DNA of 64,000 bases, from assembly GCA_017435365.1 (NCBI GenBank), contig JAFSFD010000024.1, positions 61,282 to 125,281 on the forward strand, read 5' to 3'. This DNA is from Akkermansia sp. (GTDB taxonomy: Bacteria; Verrucomicrobiota; Verrucomicrobiia; Verrucomicrobiales; Akkermansiaceae). Shown piece after piece: positions 44,396-51,062 of the stretch. The stretch's first letter is position 1. Every line of letters begins with the position of its first letter. The notes beneath the pieces were generated by a model. The model worked only from the letters and a program-made list of their open reading frames with translations, was not told the DNA's origin and did not search any database. Position numbers and translations under genes: made by a program.

Positions 44396-45799
44396 TCAGG
44401 CCAGAGCCTCTTCGAAACGTCCCATCATGTCGCGCAGGGCGGCATCTGAGCTGAGTTTGGATTCCACATTGCGCAGGGCGTGCAACACGGTGGAATGGTC
44501 GCGGCCGAAAGCGGCGCCGATATCCTGAAGCGAGCAGGAGGTATGGCGGCGCGCCAGGAACATGGCAACCTGTCGCGGATGAGCGAGTGAAGCCAGGCGC
44601 CGGCGGCTGTCCAGATCCTCCACACGGAGGCCGAACTCGTTTGCCACGCGTTGCTTGATATCGGCAATCGTTATACCGGAAGCGGCAGCCTGCTGCACCA
44701 TGAGGTCAGCCAGGTTTGTACGCAGAAAGGCGATGGACGGGCAGCTGTTGCTGAAGGAGGCGATGGTACTGGTGCGGACCAACGCCCCTTCCAGGGCGCG
44801 CACAGACTGGGTGATGTTGCGAGCGAGGAATTCGATTACCTCATTGCTGAGCAAGTTGGTCTTCCAGCGCTGCATTTTCTGCCGCAGAATGGCCATGCGC
44901 ATCTCGTAGCAGGGTGCGGTAAGCTCCACGGTCATACCCTGGGAGAAACGGGTCTTGAGGCGGTCGTCCATCCTGGTGATGCGGGAGGCCGGACAATCGG
45001 CAGAGAGCACAATCTGTTTGCCGCTTTCGAACAGTGCGTTGAAGGTATGGAAAAACTCCTCCTGCGTCTTGTCTGCTCTGGCCATGAACTGCACGTCATC
45101 GATAAGCAGCACATCTACCTTGCGGAACTTTTTGCGGAAAAGTTCCAGTGCATCGCCGCGCTTGCGTATGGCCTCAATGTAGGCGTTGGTAAATTGCTCA
45201 CTGGTCACGTACAGCACGCGCACATTCTCGCGGCGCGCACGCAGGGCGTTGCCTATGGCGTGCATCAGGTGGGTCTTGCCCATGCCTGAGTTCCCATAGA
45301 TGAAAAGGGGGTTGAAAATGCGTTCCTGGGTGTTGACCAGTGCCTGGGCCGCAGCGTAGGCAAGCTGGTTATTGGCACCGACCACGTAATTATCGAACGT
45401 ATAGTCAGCGTTCAACTGAGTCTGCATTTTGCCGGCGGCGCTGCTGCGCTGTCTGGTCGCGGTGCGGCGCTGCGGTGCTTCCTTCACCATTTCCTCCGGT
45501 GCAGGGCAGGGCTCTTCCGCTTTTTCCTCAGGCATACTGCCTGCTTCTATGTATTCCAGCTCGCGGGTCCCCTTCAGAACACGTGATGCAGAAAGGGCGA
45601 TACTATCACTGTAGTTCATCTCCAGCCAGATGAAAGGCATGTCCGACGGGTACTCGATGATGAGCTTGCTGCCGGTGTCCTCTATCAGGCGCAGTTTGGA
45701 AACAAAATCGCTAGCGTATCCCCCCGCCTGACCCTGGGTGCACATATCTTCCACGATATGCTCCCAGATGGTCTCATTCTCCTGTCGCTTTCTCTCCAT
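44396..45799 (-). CDS. dnaA: chromosomal replication initiator protein DnaA
   Basis: AAA+ Walker A GNSGMGKTHL, LLIDDVQF and C-terminal DNA-binding domain ...HPRQVAMFLARRHTSCSLQDIGAAFGRDHSTVLHA. The ATG at 45799 (MERKRQ...) is preferred over the TTG at 45868. Confidence 0.93.
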   Translation of the reverse strand: MERKRQENETIWEHIVEDMCTQGQAGGYASDFVSKLRLIEDTGSKLIIEYPSDMPFIWLEMNYSDSIALSASRVLKGTRELEYIEAGSMPEEKAEEPCPAPEEMVKEAPQRRTATRQRSSAAGKMQTQLNADYTFDNYVVGANNQLAYAAAQALVNTQERIFNPLFIYGNSGMGKTHLMHAIGNALRARRENVRVLYVTSEQFTNAYIEAIRKRGDALELFRKKFRKVDVLLIDDVQFMARADKTQEEFFHTFNALFESGKQIVLSADCPASRITRMDDRLKTRFSQGMTVELTAPCYEMRMAILRQKMQRWKTNLLSNEVIEFLARNITQSVRALEGALVRTSTIASFSNSCPSIAFLRTNLADLMVQQAAASGITIADIKQRVANEFGLRVEDLDSRRRLASLAHPRQVAMFLARRHTSCSLQDIGAAFGRDHSTVLHALRNVESKLSSDAALRDMMGRFEEALA

Positions 45800-45902
45800 C
45801 GTTTTTGTTTCCGTCTCGTTTCGTAGGTTTCGGTCTGTGGCCTCCCGCTCGGGGAGTGCGGGGTGCAATATGCCACGAGCTTGCGTTCAGAAAAAGATTT
45901 TT

Positions 45903-45960
45903 TTCCGCATGCGGTCATCCGTTCCGTGCGGAAAGCTGTGTTCCATGCGGGTTCCACAGG
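45903..45960. promoter_or_regulatory. four tandem TTCC(R)(Y)..CGG boxes upstream of dnaA (candidate initiator/regulator sites)
   Basis: ttccgcatgcgg (45903), ttccgtgcgg (45922), ttccatgcgg (45941), ttccacagg (45952). The last resembles a degenerate DnaA box (TTATCCACA). Confidence 0.3.
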
Positions 45961-46122
45961 GAAAATATTTTTTTGTCACGCCCTGTCTGTTCGTTTAACT
46001 TTTCCTGATATTTTTGCGTTCCCTTGATTTGCTGCCGCTGGGATTGTAGAACACAGGTGTCTAAAATTCACAATACACAGAAGCATAAGGTGTTGCAGGA
46101 TTATAAAATAATTAAGGAAGCC

Positions 46123-46149
46123 AAAAAAAGAGGGCATGAGGAGCCCTCT
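46123..46149 (-). terminator. rho-independent terminator after thiL (end of the long minus-strand unit)
   Basis: The minus strand reads agagggc-tcctcat-gccctct followed by TTTTTTT. Confidence 0.7.
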
Positions 46150-46171
46150 TTAATGTTTAGAAACTAGGCTT

Positions 46172-47053
46172 TTACGAACAAAAATGCTGCCAACCGGAAG
46201 CGATTTCCGGGGTGGGATGAGGGGTCAGACAGCCGATGTTATGCAAGGCTTTTGCAAATGATGAAGTTGCGAGAATTTCGACCTGCGAAGGAGGGAGCGC
46301 GATGAGTAATTCGTAGTCCTCGCCGTGTGAAACAGCATCGGCAGGAGAAAAACCGGGGCGGCAGGGGAGATCCTGCTCACGGATTTCAAAACCGCAGCCG
46401 GAAGCCGCAGCAAGGCGCGGGAGGTCGCTGCCGAGCCCATCGGAAAGGTCCATCATGGCAGAAGGGCGTATACCGGCCTTCAGGAGCCCTCTGGCGAGCT
46501 CAACGCGGGGTTCAAAATCAAGGTGCCACTCAGAGGGGAAAGAGCCGCCCAGCACGCCTGAGACAAAGAGCAGGTCGCCGGGAGCACCGCCGGAGCGCAG
46601 CACGGCATTTCCATGCTCCACGCGGCCAGTGAGCGCCACATTGATGACAAGGCCATCATACGGCAGGCCGGACGTTTCACCACCGGCGAGGGAAATGCCG
46701 AATTGAGCAGCCAGAGAGTTCAAGCCGCGGTAGATACCTTCCAGCAGCGCAACCGGGCGAGAGGGGTGGCACAGGATAGTGATAAGGGCGTGTTCCGGGA
46801 TTCCGCCCATGGCCGCAATGTCCGATACGGCACGCGCCAGTGCTTTGCGGCCGATGCGTTCGGGGCTGGTTTCGGGGGTGAAATGGAGCTTCTCCACAAC
46901 CACGTCCGTCTTGAGCAGGGTGTCCCACTCATCATTTCGTGCCACCACGGCGCAATCATCACCGGGGCCGGTAATGAGAGCAGCGTTTACCGGAATATCG
47001 GAAAGCAGGCGTTGGAGAATGGCATTTTCCCCTAGTTCAGAAAGAGCAGGCAT
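46172..47053 (-). CDS. thiL: thiamine-monophosphate kinase
   Basis: AIR-synthase-related fold: LGENAILQRLL, GPGDDCAVV, ...DVVVEKLHF... Confidence 0.87.
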   Translation of the reverse strand: MPALSELGENAILQRLLSDIPVNAALITGPGDDCAVVARNDEWDTLLKTDVVVEKLHFTPETSPERIGRKALARAVSDIAAMGGIPEHALITILCHPSRPVALLEGIYRGLNSLAAQFGISLAGGETSGLPYDGLVINVALTGRVEHGNAVLRSGGAPGDLLFVSGVLGGSFPSEWHLDFEPRVELARGLLKAGIRPSAMMDLSDGLGSDLPRLAAASGCGFEIREQDLPCRPGFSPADAVSHGEDYELLIALPPSQVEILATSSFAKALHNIGCLTPHPTPEIASGWQHFCS

Positions 47054-47059
47054 AGTAAT

Positions 47060-47854
47060 TTACATAGTGAGCAGAAACACAGAGCTGATTGCATTAAAGA
47101 GCATGTGCAGAATAATGGGAATCAGGAGTGAACGCGTTTTCTCATACAGAAGGCACTGGACCAGGCCAAAAATGAAGAGTTGGACGAACTGGGCCAATGA
47201 AGCGTGCACCGCGCTGAAGAGAAGGGCGGATGCGAAAGCGGCAAGGATGGGACTGCTATACTGTTTGAGGATATTATACACAAATCCCCGGAAGCAGCAT
47301 TCCTCCGTGACCGGCGCTACAATGACCGCCATGACCAGCATGCCTATCTTGACTCCGGGAGAGCCGGACATCAGGGTTTCCACCACGTCCTGATTCTCCG
47401 GGCAGCCCGTTTCTCTGACCAGATATTGAGTGAAGCCCGCGGAATCAAGAATCAGCGCGGGGATGAACATCAGAAACAGACCGGCCACCATCCAGGACAG
47501 GCAGTCCAGGACTCGCATGCGTGGCAATCCCCGACCGGGCAGGGTAAAATAAATAATCAGGAATGGAAGGTACAGCGCTATCTGAATAAAGCCGTTAATG
47601 ATGAGGCTGAACACATCCGGCTGCTCCGTTTCAGGGGCCCGCAAGCCCGCAATGGAGGCCATGGCGAAGGTAATAATGACGAAGGCGGTATAGAACTGCG
47701 AGAAAAAGCCGGGGAAATTGCTGCCCGGAAAAAGCGGCACCGGCGGAATAGTTCCGCTGCGGCGCCTGCGCAGCGCGCCGGTAAGTGCCAGAGCCAGGCA
47801 GAACACCGTGCTGCCCGTAATCAGAAGAATCGTGATATCAGTATAAGTCGGCAT
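47060..47854 (-). CDS. CPBP-family intramembrane glutamic endopeptidase (CAAX protease/Abi-type)
   Basis: Motif 1 APVTEECCFRGFVY (EExxxR), motif 2 SALLFSAVH, motif 3 ILHMLFN. Polytopic. Confidence 0.85.
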   Translation of the reverse strand: MPTYTDITILLITGSTVFCLALALTGALRRRRSGTIPPVPLFPGSNFPGFFSQFYTAFVIITFAMASIAGLRAPETEQPDVFSLIINGFIQIALYLPFLIIYFTLPGRGLPRMRVLDCLSWMVAGLFLMFIPALILDSAGFTQYLVRETGCPENQDVVETLMSGSPGVKIGMLVMAVIVAPVTEECCFRGFVYNILKQYSSPILAAFASALLFSAVHASLAQFVQLFIFGLVQCLLYEKTRSLLIPIILHMLFNAISSVFLLTM

Positions 47855-47860
47855 GGTAAA

Positions 47861-48439
47861 TTAACAATGAGTGTACGCTACGGCTCCACAATAGCCCGTT
47901 TCCGGGGAAAACAACTCCACGACCGGAGCAGGCTCGAAGAGACAGGAAATGCGCCCGTGCCGGTAGATGAAGGGATAATTCCTTGCATTCCACATGGTGT
48001 CCCCAGCGTGTTTCACCAGGGCCTCAGCTGCACACCAGCAGGCAAAGAATTCGTCCTGCGGACAATCGCGGGATTTGAATGCCGCCAGCTGCTCATCGCA
48101 CATGAAGCGCCCGGCAAGCGTTTCGAACCGGCGAGGGCGTATCTGCTCTATATCAACCCCGATGGGCTTATCGTGAAAGGCGAGGCACAGGCAATCTCCC
48201 GAATGGCTGATGTTGAAGTGCTGGATATTACACTCTGGCTTGCCGTGCGGCCCGTAGGAAAAAGAGGCATCTGCCGGTGCGATTCCATGCCTGCGTGCAA
48301 TTTCGTGGCGCAAGAGTGCGCGCACAAGCGCGTAGCTGCCGCCACGTCTCCGGGCTTCCTGGAGTTCAGCGGCAGATAACACAGAAGTATCCACCACCGT
48401 GTCATTCAGGGAAGAAATGCTGTATATCAGGTAATCCAT
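47861..48439 (-). CDS. Sfp-type 4'-phosphopantetheinyl transferase
   Basis: GPHGKPE, FNISHSG, IGVDIEQIR and WCAAEALVKH motifs. Confidence 0.8.
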   Translation of the reverse strand: MDYLIYSISSLNDTVVDTSVLSAAELQEARRRGGSYALVRALLRHEIARRHGIAPADASFSYGPHGKPECNIQHFNISHSGDCLCLAFHDKPIGVDIEQIRPRRFETLAGRFMCDEQLAAFKSRDCPQDEFFACWCAAEALVKHAGDTMWNARNYPFIYRHGRISCLFEPAPVVELFSPETGYCGAVAYTHC

Positions 48440-48930
48440 CAGATATTGACTATGCGGACAGAGTTTGTTTCTGTATCATATATGCCGATAGTCGGCTTAC
48501 CCTGGCGGCCGTAAACTTCTCCGGGGTTGGCGACCAGGGTGCTGCCATTCATGCGGACCTCGGGAATATGCGTGTGCCCGTAGAACACCGCATCATATCT
48601 GCCGCTTTCAGCTGCTTTGGCGGCGGTCCAGGGCAGGTGGCAGAAGTAGATGCGCCGGCCATCCAGCGTGATATCGGCATATTCACCGTGGAAACTCACC
48701 CGGTGCCACTGCCGGGCTGCGCGCTGAAATGCGGTTATCTCGTATTCATTATTGCCGAAAACCAGGTCGATATGGTGCCCCCATTCTTCCCGGAGTGTTC
48801 GGAAGGTGGAAAATCCGGCCATGTCGCCCATAAAAAGCAGGTGAGAGCAACGTTCCAGCTTTGCAGCGCAGAGAGCCAGCAGCAGGTGGGTGGTGTGGTC
48901 GTGAATATCAGAGAGCAGGGCAACAAGCAT
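48439..48930 (-). CDS. YfcE/MJ0936-type metallophosphoesterase
   Basis: LSDIHDH, FMGDM, GNNE and GHTHIPE metal-ligand motifs. 163 aa. Confidence 0.8.
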   Translation of the reverse strand: MLVALLSDIHDHTTHLLLALCAAKLERCSHLLFMGDMAGFSTFRTLREEWGHHIDLVFGNNEYEITAFQRAARQWHRVSFHGEYADITLDGRRIYFCHLPWTAAKAAESGRYDAVFYGHTHIPEVRMNGSTLVANPGEVYGRQGKPTIGIYDTETNSVRIVNI

Positions 48931-48935
48931 GGGTT

Positions 48936-51059
48936 TCAGCGCGTTTTTTTCATGATGAATACCGGCGAGAGCCGCACAGGCTCCTGCAAGGGCTCACCCC
49001 ATGCAGAGGTGGTCATGGCCGCCGGTGATAAATACCAGATTACCTGGCCGTCTGGCACCGTTTCGAAGAAAACGGCCTCACTCTTCTCATTGATATATCC
49101 GCAGAACTGAGGGGTGACACTCAGAAGAGCGCGTAGATTCTTCTGCAGTTCCGCAACAAAATCCACGTGCCGGTGCTTGTTGAACCAACGCAGGAACTTG
49201 CGCTCTGCCTCCGCGTGTGCCGGGGTGCGGCGAAGCCAGCAGTTGCCATCGAGCCGGATTCCACATGACTCCCGCAGCTTTTCGAAACTGCGCACAGCGC
49301 ATCTCATTTCCGGGGCATACCGCAGCCCGCAGAGCACTGGATGCTGCCCGGAGTTGTTGATTCGGAGCAAATGGTCGAATACATACGCCTTCGCAAGGGG
49401 TGGCACGTCCGGATGCTGATGGCGGAGAAGTCGCGAGATGGCGAGCGGCAAGTTCACCACGCTGCTGTATCCGCTCTTGTCATCCAGCCCGAGCTCGCGG
49501 TATAATGGGCGGGGATCCAGCGTGCGGCTGACCACTGAGGTCGGGTTCTGCCACTCGATGTATTTATCCTCGCTTATTTCGCGCTCCGGGTCCAGAGACG
49601 AACGGTGGAAGCAGGCCCGCCCGTACCGCAGCACCGGCAGTTCTTCTGAGTAGGCACAGAGATTGTCTGCTGTGTTGGTCAGCTCAAACAAGCGCGTGTT
49701 CAGAGCAGAGTTTGTCAGCAGCTCCCGGAGGAGATGCATCTGCTCCTGAGTCGCAGGGAACTGCGCTGAGAAAGAGGGTTTGCCATCCACCAGACTGGCT
49801 TTGGCGGCCAGCAGCAGCCCGGGCGGCAGCTCCTGCCCACGCTCCTGCATCATTCCGCGGAGGCTTGCCACGCTGGGCATGAATTTTACCACCCCCATGA
49901 GTTCAATCGCCGGCAGATAATGCTCTGGCTTGAACGAATGCAGCAGCTCTGTATAGCGCTCGTAACTATGGGCTGTCGGCAGCAGGCTGAGCAGGTGCTG
50001 AAATGCAGAGATTTCTGCTATCAGCCGATTGTGTGCCTGCATCTCCTGTCTGACGGTGGCGATGATGGATTCAGGCAATTTCAGAGCCTCTGCCGCATCT
50101 TCGTAGATAAGGACTCTCTGCCGGAGTGTATTCACTCTGTCGTTCAGGAGACGGAGGTCGTCCTCCGGGTTTCCTTTCAAGCCATTCCACTCCGGAAGCG
50201 GAGATATCAGTTCTTCCACCAGGGAAAGGCGCTGCTGATTAAGGGCCTCCTGTTCTTTTTCGCAAAGCGCGGCCCATCGCAGCTTCAGGGCAGCGGCATC
50301 TTCCCCCAGTTCTTTGAGTCTGCGTTCGATGAGAGCACGGCGGCGCACCCCCTGGCTGACCACACTCTGGGTTCCGTTTTCAATGGAACGGAGGATTTCA
50401 TCCAGTTCGCGGGCATGTTGTTCAGAAAGCCGGATGAGGCGCCTGAGTTTATCCGCCTGTTCGCTGACGCGCCGGTTCAAGGTGCGGTTCAACCCGGTAT
50501 CATGCACATGCAGGAGGGTGATGGCCTTGCTGCGTTGAAAGTTTGCAGAAGCGGCTTCACCCAGGACATCCGCCGCCTGGGCAGCCCGCTGCCACAGCAG
50601 ATAGCAGCCCGCCCCGCACGGAAGAAGCACTGCCAGGAGCGCGGCAATCCCCAGGGAAAGCTTGCCGAGCGGTTTTCTCCGCCGCTGACGTTCGCGGGCA
50701 ATGGCCGCCCGAAGTTGATTCAGCGTTTTGAGTTCACCGGCAGAAAGCATGTGGGAAAGAGCTTGCTCCAGGTAATATGCCCGATGCTTCAGTTTCTTAA
50801 GCCCGCTCCTGCCCATGCTGCTGAGTCTTTGCGGCTCAGTCAGGAACTCGTTGATAATGGTCTGCAGCTCCTTATATTCTGTTTCTTCAAATGAAAATGG
50901 CTTACCCGTCAGGTAGCGTGCGAGTTCATCCCTGGCCTTGGCGTGCTTCGGGTTCGACAGTATAGCCTGCTCCAGCATGTCTGCAGCCTCCTGTCGCCGT
51001 CCGGCGCGGGCAAGGCGGCGCAGCTTCTGCAACACAGGGTCTGATTTCCGGCGGGCCAT
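48936..51059 (-). CDS. hypothetical 707-aa single-pass membrane protein with long coiled-coil region (third gene of GTPase module)
   Basis: TPR-like N-terminal helix pair (RRQEAADMLEQAILSNPKHAKARDELARYL), a TM helix (LSLGIAALLAVLLPCGAGCYLLW), ~200 aa of heptad-rich helical sequence, then a globular C-terminal half. No family recognised. Confidence 0.6.
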   Translation of the reverse strand: MARRKSDPVLQKLRRLARAGRRQEAADMLEQAILSNPKHAKARDELARYLTGKPFSFEETEYKELQTIINEFLTEPQRLSSMGRSGLKKLKHRAYYLEQALSHMLSAGELKTLNQLRAAIARERQRRRKPLGKLSLGIAALLAVLLPCGAGCYLLWQRAAQAADVLGEAASANFQRSKAITLLHVHDTGLNRTLNRRVSEQADKLRRLIRLSEQHARELDEILRSIENGTQSVVSQGVRRRALIERRLKELGEDAAALKLRWAALCEKEQEALNQQRLSLVEELISPLPEWNGLKGNPEDDLRLLNDRVNTLRQRVLIYEDAAEALKLPESIIATVRQEMQAHNRLIAEISAFQHLLSLLPTAHSYERYTELLHSFKPEHYLPAIELMGVVKFMPSVASLRGMMQERGQELPPGLLLAAKASLVDGKPSFSAQFPATQEQMHLLRELLTNSALNTRLFELTNTADNLCAYSEELPVLRYGRACFHRSSLDPEREISEDKYIEWQNPTSVVSRTLDPRPLYRELGLDDKSGYSSVVNLPLAISRLLRHQHPDVPPLAKAYVFDHLLRINNSGQHPVLCGLRYAPEMRCAVRSFEKLRESCGIRLDGNCWLRRTPAHAEAERKFLRWFNKHRHVDFVAELQKNLRALLSVTPQFCGYINEKSEAVFFETVPDGQVIWYLSPAAMTTSAWGEPLQEPVRLSPVFIMKKTR

Positions 51060-51062
51060 AGG

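Noticed and set aside
45800-46171. Confident oriC call next to dnaA
   Set aside because: There is no canonical DnaA box (TTATCCACA or TGTGGATAA) and no switch in coding-strand bias, since genes on both sides are on the minus strand. GC skew cannot be computed from one window. I kept it only as a low-confidence finding.
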